Source of the DNA: Flectonema sp. DT1601
Taxonomy: Eukaryota
DNA length: 64,000 nt
Assembly: GCA_964019425.1 (NCBI GenBank)
Contig: OZ025783.1
Location: forward strand, 62,001-126,000
Direction of reading: 5' to 3'
This document shows positions 1 to 14,700 of the stretch, piece after piece. The first letter of the stretch is position 1, and each line of letters starts with the position of its first letter. The position numbers and the translations under genes were made by a program. The notes beneath the pieces are model-generated. The model saw only the letters and a program-made list of their open reading frames with translations. It was not told the origin of the DNA and searched no databases.

Positions 1-654
1 ATAGTTGAAACTCAACCTGCTGCCACTGAAACTCAGCCAAAAAAATAGTATAAGCAAGATCCACTGCTAAAGCAAAGTAGCTTAAAGAGATTAAGAAAAT
101 CTCTAAGTGTGTAGCTGGCTATGTGTCTGCACATATGAAAAAAGTTGGAGGAATTGCTAGTTTGTTGGGTTATATTCGTAGCAGCTTCACGGTGACGGCG
201 GCCTTACTGAGAATTATCCCTGGTTGTTATGTGTTGAAAGCTACAGGTTATGGCGTCAAAATAACACTCGCGTGGGTGGTTGCTCTCTTCGGAAAGCATA
301 ACTTCAGACCCGTCAATTCGCGGCGCTTATATCTGCACACATTAATTAGTTGAACGAGTTCAAGTCACTTCCTGCATAGCAGATCCGTGTCCTCTGTACT
401 AACGCTATACTAAGTGTGACTGTGGCTGATACACGTAATGGTTGGGTTCTTTAAGTACTCAGGACTGGTTGCTTGCTAATGTGAATGCTGACGTTCGAAT
501 TGCCCAAACTTTCGAGTAAATTTAGGTGACCTGTCTGGTGCTTGTGATGCTCTAAACCCTGATGGTTGTATGAGTAATACCTGGTGACTGTGACCCATCC
601 TCATACCCAGCTATGTGGTTGGGACCCCAGGGTGCACAGCCAGACCGGGTTTCT

Positions 655-785
655 GGGCCACTTCGGGGTATTTTGGGCCACTTTGGGGTATTTTGGGCCA
701 CTTTGGGGTATTTTGGGCCACTTTGGGGTATTTTGGGCCACTTTGGGGGTATTTTGGGCCACTTCGGGGTATTTTGGGCCACTTT
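655..785. repeat. G-rich minisatellite, ~20-bp unit GGGCCACTTTGGGGTATTTT, running into the assembly gap
   Basis: About 6.5 tandem copies with minor variants (CTTCGGGG, one extra G) immediately before the N run. Confidence 0.95.
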
Positions 786-985
786 NNNNNNNNNNNNNNN
801 NNNNNNNNNNNNNNNNNNNNNNNNNNNNNNNNNNNNNNNNNNNNNNNNNNNNNNNNNNNNNNNNNNNNNNNNNNNNNNNNNNNNNNNNNNNNNNNNNNNN
901 NNNNNNNNNNNNNNNNNNNNNNNNNNNNNNNNNNNNNNNNNNNNNNNNNNNNNNNNNNNNNNNNNNNNNNNNNNNNNNNNNNNNN
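786..985. other. Assembly gap (200 N)
   Basis: Run of N. Confidence 1.
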
Positions 986-1584
986 TCACACGAGCTTTCT
1001 GATTGTTTGTCTCCATTGAAATCTTCTTGTTGGCTACTTTGTTCACTGTAAGACCCAGACATTACTTCATCTTCTGACTTTACTCCTTCTGCAGTTTTTA
1101 TATTTTCATCTCTTGGAGTTAATGTCGCACTGCTAATACTTGCGGCCTGTTCTTCGTTCGGTTTATTTATCATCTCGTAGCTGGATTCTGAATTACTTCG
1201 TGAAATTGATTGGTCGCTCTTCGATCTCAAGTCACTCCGTGTGGAACCCTTTGGAGTGCTGTTTGCTGGAGTTGGGTTTGCTGAAGTTGTGTCGGCATTG
1301 GAATTAGCAACTTTTTGATTGTCAGGTTTCCTTGAAGGAGTCTTAACCTTTTTAACAACACCAATCGGTTGGCCGTATATCTCATGAACGTCCTTCCTCC
1401 AGGCCAGCTTTGCTTCTGTTTCGGGATTCCTACGTTCGCACTGTTCTCTCTGCTTCATCTTATTCAGATGCTTCTTCACTCGTTCGCCTTCATGCATTGT
1501 TCTCAAATGAGGGTCTCTTAGTGCATCGTATTGCTTCATTTTATCATTTGGTCGGACGTCAATCCATCCGCCTCGCCTCCTCAT
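986..1584 (-). CDS. Hypothetical protein, 3' end lost in the gap; basic/helical N-terminus with YDALRDPHLR motif, then Ser/Thr/Glu-rich low-complexity region
   Basis: ~200 open codons from an ATG in AATATG context; the YxxLxDPHL motif resembles N-termini of axonemal ERICH3/FSIP2-type proteins (recollection, unverified); ORF extension through the gap and minisatellite is not trusted. Confidence 0.7.
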
Positions 1585-2984
1585 ATTAACCTGTTTCTTT
1601 AAAAAGGAAGTTACACTTATTTATGATGTTGTATTAATTACTTCAACAGCTACCAGCAGATGTTATTATAAAATCCTGTAGATGAAAGTAGTGTGATGCT
1701 GAAATAACTCTTTTAACGACATTTTCTATTTTCCCTTTCCTCAACGGGTAGTGGGTGGGGGTAGGTAGAGAGACCCCGCCGCAGGGAGTACCACAAAACC
1801 ACCTACACTGCGTGATAGCAGGAATGAATTTTTAGTTGCAGAGAACTCTTTTTTCTGCTTTTTTTTTTTTTTTTTGAAATTCTTCGACCGATGGCCGTTC
1901 GCAATCCGATTTTAGTTTCCATGCAGACCTGGCGTGTACTACAAATTTGGCCGAACAGGTGAGGTAGCATGGATTCATCATCTTACGAGTGACAGGGAGA
2001 AAGCCAAGTTTCACTACTTTTGTTTTTCTATCTCATTTACTGCACTTCTTCGAAGAACCCTATTCGCACTGTCTAGGTGGGTTATCAAAGGAAAGCTGCA
2101 TTGAGGTCCACAAGTGCGCTGAATGATTGGACAAGAAGTCCCTTTTTCGAAACCAGGTGAACCTCTGCTGACAGAGTTTTCCGAATTGGTTTTTTGTACG
2201 AACCGGTCGCCCTGTGTGGGCTGCGCTGTTCTACTGACATATTGAAGAAGGGAAAGTATTTAAAGTAGACACGAGGGGAAGGTTGATAGGGTTGAGAAAG
2301 GGAAAAAATAAGAAAAAAAATTGGGGACGAGAAAAGTGAGGGAGATAGAAGCAGCTTCTAACGACCCAACACCGCTTATGGGAAAAAAAAAAAAAAAAAA
2401 AAACTGCGTTTTTTTATTGTCAAAATAGGGATTCTGGTGAGTGAGAAGGTTTTGCGAAGTTGTCGCGGTAGCGAAATATGCTCGCTCCCACACAAGTTCA
2501 AAGCAGTACGCAGAAGACGCAGAGTTGCTTAAAAATAAACATCTGTTTCTACTCTCAACATTGTAGTTTACTTTTAGCTGAATAGCAGCAAGCATATGCG
2601 ATTACTAATTGATTGAATGATTAGTACTCCCCCACAGGGAAGAGGCAGCAAACAAAAAAAAAGAAAGGGGATTGAGCATTATAATAATAACGGTTGATTT
2701 TTTTTTTTTTTTTAAATTCTTTGTTTTCTGTTCTTTCTTTCTTTTTCTCCCCTCTCAGTTAAAAGAAGAAATGCGAGGGGAAAATAAAGAGCAGGTTGGG
2801 GAATATTGCATCTTTTTTCCTGCTTAAATGAAACAAGCACCCCTAACGTAGAATAAAAGTCCCCATTTAAAAAAAAAAGTGGTGCCGTGTGACAAAATGA
2901 GGTACTTGGTAAGGGGGAAAAATATAGCGGGAAAGATGAAAAGCTTCAGTAAGCAGGTAATACTGACTATCTTATTCGATTTAT

Positions 2985-3020
<36 letters not shown>

Positions 3021-3252
3021 TTCTGTGTGGCTTATGAGTCGAATAAACAAGAGACTGGCATCGTCCTCACCAAAGGCTTTGGCTTCACTGAATTCAATGC
3101 AAAGACTCATATTTTCTGTAGTTTCCGTGCCATTACTTATTAAGCTAAGAAGAAGATCAACTGTAAGGTCAAGTCAATTATTCTTTTTAACTAATTTTAG
3201 TAAAATGCATTTTTTTCTAAAAAAAAAAAAAACCAAGAAGAAAAAAAGAACG

Positions 3253-3283
<31 letters not shown>

Positions 3284-6200
3284 CATAAAGGAAAGACAGG
3301 ATCATGTTGCAGCTGTCACGAAACACTCGACACGTTAAACTTATTTGTGAAAAGAATGCGAGGATTCACTCGTCTTGTTTGCAAAAAAAAAAACACAATC
3401 CATCTGCTTATAAGAATAACTAATTCGATAAATGATCTGGTAATTGTTTCCAGACATATCAGCCAAAAGAATAAAGCAACAAAAAAAAATATTTAAAAAA
3501 AAAAAAATTAAAAAAAAAAACCAGTTACTTGCCATCAGGAAAGATGTCGCTGAAGTTGTTTTATTTGATCTGCGAATCCCACCAGCAGATCGCAAGAGAA
3601 AAATAAATAACTGACAGAGAGAGTATGTCACGGTAACACAGTAACACGATGTCTGCTGCAGGTCGCAGAGTAACAGAAAGAAGAAGTAGTTCTGTAATTG
3701 AATGGAAAAAAAAAACTAAAACTAATGGGCTTACACTCCTGTTGCAACCTCAGTCCCTTGTGTACAAGTAACCTGAGAGAGAGAACTTTAAATAAAAGTT
3801 ACAATAAAGGCATCCAGCTGATCGACATGCAATCAACACAGGGATTATAAAGAGAGCACGGAGTGCACACTGCTTTGTCACCTCAATGCAGTTGAACACA
3901 AACTAATACCAAAGAAAAAAAAGACAGCCACAGATATGCTTCCAAACTTTTAATCTGATTTCTGATTTCTGAATTCTGAATCTGACTTTATAACAGAAAA
4001 AAAACATTCGGACAAATTGATGTCTGCTGCTTCTGCTTTTCGTCTCACGGTAACAAGAGGGAAGGTGCAGCTCCGTGAAAGACTGTGAACCATTAACATG
4101 CAAGGGAAATTGTTGACTGGTTTTTTTCTTTACTAACTTCACATTTTTGATTTTTGGTGTTTACCAGTTAAAAGTAAAGGTATTGCAGGCTGAAGGATAC
4201 CTGTGATTTTTTTTTTTTTTTTGTTTTTCAAAAAAAAAAAAAAAAAAAAAAAGGGGGAAAAATAAATTATAATAATTAAAAAACATTTTTTACAAAAAAA
4301 AAAAACAAATAAAAGACAGAAAAAAAATAAACGAGAAAAAAAAAAATGAACGATCAAAGAAATATCGTTGCACTAACCAATTTACACAAGGTACAGTCCA
4401 AGGTTCACATGTTTCAACATTCAGCCGTTAATATTTGTTTCTCATCCAGGCCTAGCTACACAGATTGCAGACAGAAGGCTCCAAAGCACTAGAAGGCACA
4501 AAAAAAGAAAAACGGAATAAATATAAAGCAATGTGGACTTACAACTCACTTTACTTTGCTCAAAGCTTTTTTTTTGAAGCCTTTTGCCAACAAACAAAAC
4601 AATAATCAAAAAAAAAAAAAAAAAGTTAAAAAAATTGTGAATTCTGAGGGTGTCTCTCGTTTCATCAAAGGAAAGCAAGTCACACGTTCTTTCCAACACC
4701 CCACAGAGGTATCAACAAGTAAAAAATATTTTAATTGCTATATTTTCAGTTAAAGAGCAAAAAATTGAATGATGAAAAAAATATTTTTAGTCACCTGTGC
4801 TTGACATGAGTAACTACTTATATTTTCTTATTTATTGTTTATTGCTAGTGTCTTCTTCCCTTTTTTGATTCCTTCCTCTGGAGCAAGCAGGCTCATGACA
4901 GGAATAGTTGCAGGGAATCGACTGGTCTGCAAACCGCAAGATTTGTTGCTTTTGTTGAATTTTAACTCGAAAGGAAAAAAAAAAAAGGGGGGAAAAATTG
5001 TCAATGAGTCAATGAGTCAATCGAATTGTGACTCAATTGAAAAAAAAAAAAAAAAAAAAAAAAAAACGTTAATTATAAGCAACCGTTTGTAGCGTGCTAA
5101 TATAATACATGCAGTATCATTAAAAAGGTTTTTTTTTTTTTTAAACTTAGTTATTATTAATAAGAAAAAAACAAACAAAAAAAAAAAAAAAAAAAAAAAA
5201 AACAGCAACAAAAATGACTAAATCCCCCTCCCTTGCTGGGATTTTACGTGACAATCATTTTTTATTAAAGAAATCGTAAACATTGTTATTTATCACAAAG
5301 ATAAACGACCAGAAAAAAAAGTTTTTTTTTCTTCTTTTTTTTTTTTTTTAAAAAATAAACGATAACAAAAAAAAACTATGCTGAATTTTTAAGTGTGTTG
5401 CAAATTCGCGCATTATGAGGAAGGCCATCAAGGCCACCATTTGTGCTAACAGTTTCTATGCCATAAGGTTTTCACCACATTAAAGAGTGAATATGTTTTT
5501 CAAAAAAAAAAAAAAACGAACCTCCAATAAGTTAGGAAACTGCCGGGTTTTACTTATGCTGTAACCACATGGGCTATCAAAGCTGAATCCCCCGACAAGC
5601 ACGAAGACAGTATGACAAGTTCGAATGGGGGTAGGGAATAATTTATTATGCGCTAAAGGGGAGCAATAACGACATGCTAATAACTGAAACTTGGTTGACT
5701 TTTTTTTTTTAATTTTTTTTCCCCCAACTCTCTTGTTTTATCGAAATTGTCAAGTTAAGAACATTTTTTTTCCCCTAGCAGTTAGGGACATTCCATTCGG
5801 TCAATGTTGAAATTCCTATACCAAATCAAAATAAAATAAAGACAGCATACAGCAAGAAGAGGGTGCTACTTAAAAGAGACGGACGCTACTTTGGTTGCAA
5901 ATTGAATATGCGTGCGAAAATACTTATTTATTTATCAAAGTCAGGAAAGTCAAAACTTCTGGAGGAGCTCACAGAGACCGTGAGACTCTCACAGGCGAGG
6001 AGAGAATAATTATTTACTTACACTCCTTATAAAAATTAAATAAAAATAAAATAAAAATAAATAACTGTTTTAAGTAAAGCAAATAATCTTTAACTACGAA
6101 TAGGACATAGCGACAACAAGGAATAAGTTGTAAAAAGTACTAACGAAGTATTGCACCATAATAACTAGTCTTATTCTTGAGAGTAATCCTTATGCCTTTT

Positions 6201-8687
6201 ATATAATAGGGGAATGTTGTAAAAAAGAATAATAAATTTTGTATATATTAATGTAAGCAAATAAAAGAACCATGCATAATCATTAATCACCGTAGGTCAT
6301 GCAGGGAGAGACGAACAACAGTTGCTCACAAATTTAACGATAAATATTGATCTGGATTTGGGAATCGAGGGAATTGATAAACTGAAAAGAAAAAAAAAGA
6401 AAAAAGTTTCCTTCGTAACTGCGACACTAATTACCTGCATCTACAAAACAAGTATCCAGCCGAGGGAAAAAAAAAAAGAAGAAAAAAAAAACTATTTTGT
6501 GAGCCTTTTTTTTTTTTTTTTTTTTTTTTTTTCTCGTTCGCCATTTCAAACAGGCCGAGCGTAATAAAACGTAAGCAAACAATATTATTATTATTATAAA
6601 TTTATTATTATAATTATTTTATTTATTCCCGTAAGATCTTTTCACAGGACGAAATAGAGAACCTTAACCACCTTGTCTGTAGTAAAAAAATGATCCAAGC
6701 AAATCGTTCAACGTCAAAAAAGGAATCTGCTTACAACGTTAACAAGAAGCGGAAGGATTAGGGAAAGGGAAACATGCAAAAAGAAAAAAAGGAATTAACT
6801 TAACCTTTGAGGAAATCACTAAACCTGACCAGCGCTAATAAGTAATACGCCGCTAGGACAGTGAGGGACACTATATATCAACAAAAAAAGAATTGTGGGC
6901 AACCGAAAAAAAATTCTTTAAAGTAAAGTTACTAAAACATGTCTTCGAGATTTAAAAAAAAAAAAAAAAAAAACACAACCACGAATAAAGAATAAAAAAA
7001 AATACTTTCTATTAGCAACCGACTCACTCTATCACAAAAAGAAACATGAGTCTGACAGAAATCCACATGTATCTGCCTCTTGAGGATGAGTGGAGGCAAA
7101 AAAATTTGAATCCAACTAACTTATGGGAAAATAAAAGGCGCGAATTGCAACAAAAATTCCCTCCAGAATTTTTGAATAATAAAAATTAGACCAAACAGTA
7201 GTTAGATTTTGTTTGATTCGTTGTTGTTTCTTAAAAAAAAATAATATCAGAAATGACTTAACCGAGTAAACATACTTAGGAGGTGCAGTATGCAACAAGT
7301 GCCTTCAGACCCCATACACGGAATAGGGCAACACGTTGCGGCAGTTAGAAAATCATTAGACGAGTCAACAAATATTACGAGAAAGGACCCCCCCCGTCAG
7401 CTTCAATCTCAATTGCATATGCTTGAGCTCAAGAAAAAAGATATGGAAAGAAAAAAAAAATAAAAACTCAAGAAAGTTTTTTTTTTTTTTTTATACTCCT
7501 TTTTCTCTGTTGCTTTATTTCAGCGACTATACTACAAAAAAAAGAAAAAAGATTGAGCGTGCTTACAACGGTTATTACATCCTTTTTGTTTATGTTTGTT
7601 GACAGTGCAGTGTTTGAAGAAAATGTTCCTCTTTAGTTGGTGGCTTGAAACAAAAAACAAATGTTTGTCTAGGAGTGGAAAAGACAAAATAATTAAATAA
7701 AACACATCAGTCGTGATCACAAGCCTAATTGCTTTCCTACAAGAACTACAACACGTCTGGACAACCAATATAATGATGAAAAAGTTCATAACAGAAAATG
7801 ATAAGCAAAGTAGCAACACGTTTACTTACATTTCGTGTGCTCAGATATCTCAATTGACACACAATGGTTAAAACAGATTCTGATAGAGGAGAAGAGAGAG
7901 AGCAAAACGCTCCTGTTTCTCACTTAAAAATTCTCACCGCTGTTAACAGTTCAGCTTTTTGAGGCACGTGTTCCCTGCAGAGACAAAATTGCCATCTCCA
8001 GCTGTCAGTTTTTCGATAATCAGCAGTTAGTTAGTCTGTAAAGATTGTGAGAAAGGGGAAAAAAAAAAAAAAAAAAAAAAATTAAAAATAAATAAATAAA
8101 ATAGAGCTTTAAAAAAATAATGAGCGAGAAATAATATAAAAAAAAAACCAGAGTGACAGAAACGTCTTATTAATAGCTATTCCTTCAATAAGAGTATGCA
8201 ATTAAGCATTAGCTGCGTGCTTCTCTTAAAGAGGAAATCAATACAAAAAAGGTAAGCAGCAGTAGAAAATGATTCTGAATTAGCATATCAAAAAAAAAAA
8301 AAAAAAAAAAAAAAAACCAAAGACCGCCTCCAAGAAGAAAAAAAAAAAATATAACTGGACTGACTAAATGTCTGCCTAAAAACTTGTTATGAAAAAAAAG
8401 ACTATAACAGCGATTTTTGTAGAAGGCAGGGGAGGATAAATCCCTATAATCTGTGGCAGGGGAGGGGGGTTGTTTTACAGGAAAATAATGAAATAAGCAC
8501 ATTTTTTTTTTTTTTTTTTTGGTAATGAAATACAATTGCAATCACACCTTACTCTGACTGGAATAGATGTATGCATGTCGCAGAAGACTTCTAGTTTTGT
8601 AACACGCAAAGATTACATGTGTTGCCGCCAAGAAGAATAAAAGAAAAGCTCGTAGTCACTATTTAGTATTTTCTAAGAAATGATGAT

Positions 8688-8716
8688 CAGAGAGAGAGAG
8701 AGAGAGATAGAGAGAG
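8688..8716. repeat. (AG)n microsatellite
   Basis: agagagagag... with one interruption. Confidence 0.9.
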
Positions 8717-11700
8717 AAGATAGTCTTGGCGACTCCTCCCAACTCTACAATTTGCATAAACGCATAGATTATTTTTTACTTTTATTTTTGTCTTTTTTTT
8801 CGTCAAAAAAAGAAAGTCAAAATGAAGATCAAGGGGTGAAAATAATAAATAAATAAAAAATAAACTAACTGAACCCACAAGAAACTGCCACACACGTATA
8901 ACACTTAAAAACACCACACGTTGCGCAGTATCAAAGAGTAAGAAATACGATGGAAAGATAACTGGGATGGCTCACATGGTAGAAGCTGAGTTTTTATAAA
9001 AAACTAATGGACTAAAAAGAGAGCAGTTTTTTTTTTTTTTTTTTTTGGGTGATACAAAAAAAAAAAAAAAAAAAAAAAAAAAAGAATTTTAAAAAAGCGC
9101 GCAAGTAGATAATATAATATTTTACAAAAACAGATTATTACTTTTTAGGTTCTTGCAAGATGCGTAACTATACAGTGAGTGTTTTTTGTGTAGAATTATC
9201 GCAAAAATCCTTTTTTTTTATTTTTTTTATTTTTTTGTAATAGAAATTAGTGTTCTACAAATAAAATTAACTAACAAAAGTAACAACACTGAAATACATG
9301 AAAGTAATACTGGAATATCGTTGCATTAGTGCCTATTTATATTCTGATTTTTTTTATATTTTCTTTTTGATTCATTTTTTCGTGACGTCAAGTACTATTT
9401 AGAACAGTAAATAGAAACAAAATACGTAACCTCGCTTCTAGACGTAATGTCAGTCAGCGATTTACGATCGCAGTGATCTCTTTAATAAAAAACAAGACGA
9501 CGCTACAATCTAAAAGTTGTATCTCAATCTATATCTCCTCTCCATCAGTGCAGACAACAGCAACAGGCTACTCCAAAAAAGGAAATCCGCAACTTTGGCG
9601 CAGCAGAAAACAGAAATGGGCATCATTCCAAGATGAGAAAACCCTGAACGGTTAAAAAAAGAACCTTAATAAGATAAGAAACAAAAATGAAGATAGCACG
9701 TGAGGTGGGTATCAGCAGCACCGACTTTCCTTCGATGCCCATCCTACACAAGTCAGCTCCCAGGGATACAAAGCATCAATAAGAATGCTATATAATACCT
9801 GAGACAAACCTGTGAGAAGAAGCTACCAAAAAAAAGGTTTAAAAAATAAAAATAAAAGAACTACGTCGGTACTGCGGTACCTATAGCTTTATGTCCACCA
9901 ATAAACCATACAGCGACTTACAAGAAGGAAAGCAGGCCTTATTATTGGCGTCTTTACGCAATAAGAAAAACACTGTTAACCTGGTTGTTAGCAAACTGCA
10001 TGACAAGAAAAAGAAAACTGAATGAAAGAACGAGAAGGAAAAAAAATAAAAAAATACGTAGTATTTTTGTTAAAAAAAATTATATAGCCGTGCGCGAGAC
10101 GGAAAAAGGGAAAACAAAGAGAAAAAAAAAAACTCGCCGTGACGAATCAACATTATTAAATAAACCGCATTCAAGCCAAAGAAAAATAAGAACAGAAAAA
10201 GAAAATATTTTAAAGAGAGTGGCGAAATTTATTTCGTAAAGGTTGTGTGGCGTATTTAAAAAGAAAAAAACCAACCTCGTGAAGTTTCTTTACCAAATTA
10301 GCAGCTGAAAACGCATCTTTACACTTTCTTTTTTTTTCTCCAGATAACGTGACTTAGCTTTATCCAAAAAAAGAATTATCCATAATGCAGATTACTTTAG
10401 GCAGAACTTAACAAACGAAGAGAAGAATGGGAAAAAAAAAACAAAAAAAAAAAAAAAGTAATCTACTGAGACGCTCTCGGTTTGTAGAGGAAGAAAAAGT
10501 AGGGCTCGGTAAACAGAAAGATAAGCTGCCGGAAAATGATCCGCTTGAGCAACCGCTCAAGGCAAGCTGCTTCCTTCTACTGAAATAAATAATTAAGTAG
10601 AAGAAAACTGCGCCCAGACACACTTTTGCATTCAATTCTGTCCGATTGACTACTTTCTACGAAAAGACGGGTAAGAGACGACGTTCGTTAGACAAGGCAA
10701 AGGTCTGCATATTAAGAAAAATAATAAATAATACTCATCCAATAACCTTGTCTTCCAAAAAAAAGGGAACGAGTAGCGCTCGAAAAGAACGATTCGCGAT
10801 CAAGAAATTAACCAACGATAACCTCTTCTACGCAAGGAAGAAATAGAAGAGTGATTCTATCCGATGACGTATGCACACAAAGCAAGAGAATGAAGAAAAC
10901 TTAGGTGGGTTGGTTATCAAGGCATAGCAACGTTTAAAAAAAAATAAAAAAAATAAAAAGAATAACTACGAAGAACAGTGGCGACAGAAAAAAACTCAAA
11001 CAAATATTTCTACTTTTCTTAGTAGTGTTTGAAGGTATGCCGTTTTAACGAAAATATTCTATTAGTTTTTTATTTTTATTTTTTTTTTTTTTCTCGTGCA
11101 CTAAAGTTATAACATTAAAACCGTAGAAGGGGAAAAAAAAAACTTTTTTTTTTTTTGGAAGCCACGTTAAGATAGGCAATCTGTTGTTTGGTTATTTACA
11201 ATTATATAAACCCTTATAATAGAATCCAAACAAAAAAAAAAAAGGGATAAAAAAATAGATAAGTCTCTAAATAGGTAATTTAACTATAATTGAGATAGGT
11301 CGGCTTACCAATAATTATTAATTAGAAACGTGTTGGTGGGGTTGTTGGTGGTAAAGGGAAAAAAACACCGATTAAATGTTTCAAAAAGTGAATAATCCAC
11401 AGCAATGACAGAAACACGGAAAGAGCGAACTGGTTCGTTCCATCCAAAAGAAAGTGGAATACTAACAACTGGCAGAAGAGTTTGAGCACAGCAAGAAACA
11501 CTAATTCACCGTCCGGTTCCAATTCTCAACTGATGTAAAGCTGCACCGTCCACAAATAATGCGGAGACTACAGACATCGTAGTTAAGAAAAAGAAGCAGA
11601 CTAACTGGTAAAAAAAAAAAAAGCAATCAAGCAAAAAAGGCGCGTAAGGAATAAAAACTATCGTTTTTCACTTTTTATATTTGTGTAAACAGAGTAGTAA

Positions 11701-14700
11701 AAGCGTCAAACAATCGGCTTACCATCTTGGTGAATGCTTTCTCCCTCTGAACAGCTTATGCAAGTAGCTGAATGCAGAGACAGCAAGGACATGCGTCACA
11801 ACTAATGACGTTCTACTGAAGGTAAGAGGAAAAGTTTACATTACTTGGCGAAGTAAAGTATCCCTACAAAGAACGTGAAGTGGTGTGTCGCAAAAAAAAA
11901 AAAAAAAAAAAAACTCAGAAATAATTGCATTTAGCAATAATCCGACTAAAAGGCAAAATCTAAATAAAGATAGGGGGTACAATTAGTTTGTATAAAAAGA
12001 TGCATCGTGTGGGATCGCAAACATAAATACCAAAATGAGTGTCGCGATTACCAACAAATCTTCAGGCACGATTCGCACAGGTCCCACGAAAGCAATCTCT
12101 CAATACTATAGCAAAAGCTAAAATTATTATTTTAGTTTATTTTATTTCTTTTCAAAACTGTTTTTTTTTTTTTTTTTTTTTCTTCTTTTAATCCAAATGT
12201 GAATTATTTAGTTAGTGTTTTAATTTTAGTCTTACTTACGTTAGCTTGTGGTCAAAATATTTGTTAAGCAAACAATAAAACTACCGTCGAAAAAGTCGAC
12301 CTGCTAACTACTCACCCGTGGGGTATAAGTCGAACGCAATCCATGATACACAGAAAACTACAAAGAATGAAAAAAAAAAAAAAAAAAAAAAAAAAAGCAC
12401 CGATCTATTTCAGTAGAAGGAAGATGCGTTTATTATGCGGTGCAGTGCTTGATTGATACGATAATATAAAAAAAAAAAAAACTGACCTATTTTCAAGGTT
12501 TTTTTTTTGTAAGAATTCCTTTTATTTATTTATTTTTTTTTTTTTTGAAAAAAAAATAATGCTAAGCAATAAGCAATGTCACTAACAGGTAGGGGAGTCG
12601 AGACTTAAAAAAGAAGGCAATTTGTAAACCCTGGAAGGAACTCTGTAGGGGGTTATTAGGTGAGCAAGATATGAAAAAAATAGTGAACATCAACGCTTAC
12701 TCATGGTAACAAAGTTACTAAGAAAATGATAGAAGGATCGAGAAAAAGGTAAATAGCAGTGAAAAAAAAAGTGAATCCGATTGACGACAAGAAATTCCTT
12801 GAGGTCAAATAGATGATTCCTATTGTGGTAATCTATAGTTATTTTGCAAGGATATCAATAAATCCACAGCATGTGTGTGGATTTATTCACTTGCTTGTTT
12901 TGTAGGTAATTTGTTTGCAACACAAACCGTATCCAGGAATTGCTCACGAAAGGTTTACTCGTACGACAATTTGTTGCCTCTCACTGATAAGAAGAGACGG
13001 ATGATGTAAGTTTACAGCCATCACGACTCACTTAGAACATGAAACGAACAATGTCAGAATGGAGAAACATACTTAAAGTAAAGCAAGCCAGTGACGGAAA
13101 GATAAGAGACTTCAAAGAAGAATCATTCGTGTCCAATTACTGGCTGTAGAATCTCCTCACTCGCAAAAACAGGAGGACTTGCTTTTCAAGTTAGACACAC
13201 GATGCGTTGATCGAGGTGCTTGACATTCGCAGAAAAAGCAAACAGAGAGGTGATAGATAGCTACCTCAAGAAGACAACTATGTTGTGAGGGACGTCGTAT
13301 TTTTGTATATGACAGAAATAAACTAGGAGTAAAATGACTTCCGTTTGCAGTTCAAAAAGCCATGCCTATGAACAATGCAAATAATAGCAAGATCGCAAAA
13401 AAAAAAAAGAAATAAAAAACAGGTGAGCAGACACGAGGCCGAAAACGAGAGCGAGACCATTAATAGTATAAAAAAAAACTATTTTATAACAAGTGCTACA
13501 CGTAAGATGATGAGATTTGCTCTAACACATCAGAGGTGTGCATTGCCGCTGAAGAACCCAATTATTAAAAGAAAAAAGTAAAACTCCAAAAGATATTTCC
13601 TAAGGCAAAAGTGATAAACTGGCACGTTTTTGTGTTCACATCAACAAAAAAAACTATCTCATTACGCAAATAAACACTTCATTCCACCTTTTATTGATTT
13701 TCTAAGAATAAGATGTTGTTACCGACTTAAAACTGCGAAAACATCAACGTGACACACTTAATGAAAACCCTTATAAATACCGCACTCCACATGTAAAGCA
13801 CTAAAACGAAAAAAAAAAAAAAAAAAACAACAACTAAAGTCACAAAGGAACGTTAGAGGTAAAAATCTGAAAAAAATAAAAACGACGAAAAAAATATATA
13901 GGGTGAGAGGCAAAAAGTAGCCTTTTTTTTTCTCTCTCTTTTCACAGCGAACACTATTGAGATAACTCGCAGACAAGGAAGGAGAGGGAATAAGAAAAAG
14001 ACAAAACTCATTAATAGCGAGGAGTTACGCAAGCTATTCAATCAATGTTGAGAGACGCTGAGTCACGTTGATTATCAGCGTTGCGTTGTTCTCCTCATCT
14101 TCTCTTTAAGAAAATTTAATACAAATAAAAAACGGTAGAAGAAATACAGTATCTACTTACTAGTAGTAGTTAAGTAGAAAAATTGATTTTTTTTTTTAAA
14201 GAAAAGAAAGAAAGAAAGAAAGAAAGGACAGGAAAGCAATAATCTAACACAAGCCTTGATAAAGAAAACAAATTGCTTCTCAGAATAATTAGAACTACAT
14301 AATTGTAAAAATTAAAAGCACTTTAAAAATTAAAAAAAAAAAACAATGGAATTGCCTCAACAAGTAACTAATACTTACACACATTCGATTTTGAGAGGGT
14401 GGCAATTGAAACGCATTACAATTGCCCTCCTGTTATCGTTCTTCTTGTTATGAGCCGTTGTGCATAGTAATTCCAAAACGGCAAACGCACTTGTGAGTAG
14501 CAAACCAATAAAAAAAAAAAAAACTCAACAGAGTGAAGTTATTTTTTTTATTTTTTGCTGAGGTGGATAGGATAAAAAAGAAATATTTTTGATGACCTGG
14601 ACAATTGAGTGCCACAAGCCATTTCAGATACCATATTTTTTTCTTAACGAGAATGCACAAACCCACCTGAAAGAAATGACTACCAAAGGCCGCATGCACG

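Noticed and set aside
123..353. 76-aa plus-strand ORF
   Set aside because: GTG start, opposite to the cluster strand, no recognisable motif
552..1051. ORFs reading through the minisatellite and N gap (PKWPKIP / GILGHFG repeats)
   Set aside because: Artefacts of a stop-free tandem repeat plus Ns
3020..3152. Exon-like minus-strand frame (DLLLSLISNGTETTENMSLCIEFSEAKAFGEDD...) after a CAG
   Set aside because: No convincing donor at its end, runs into poly(A), no homology recognised
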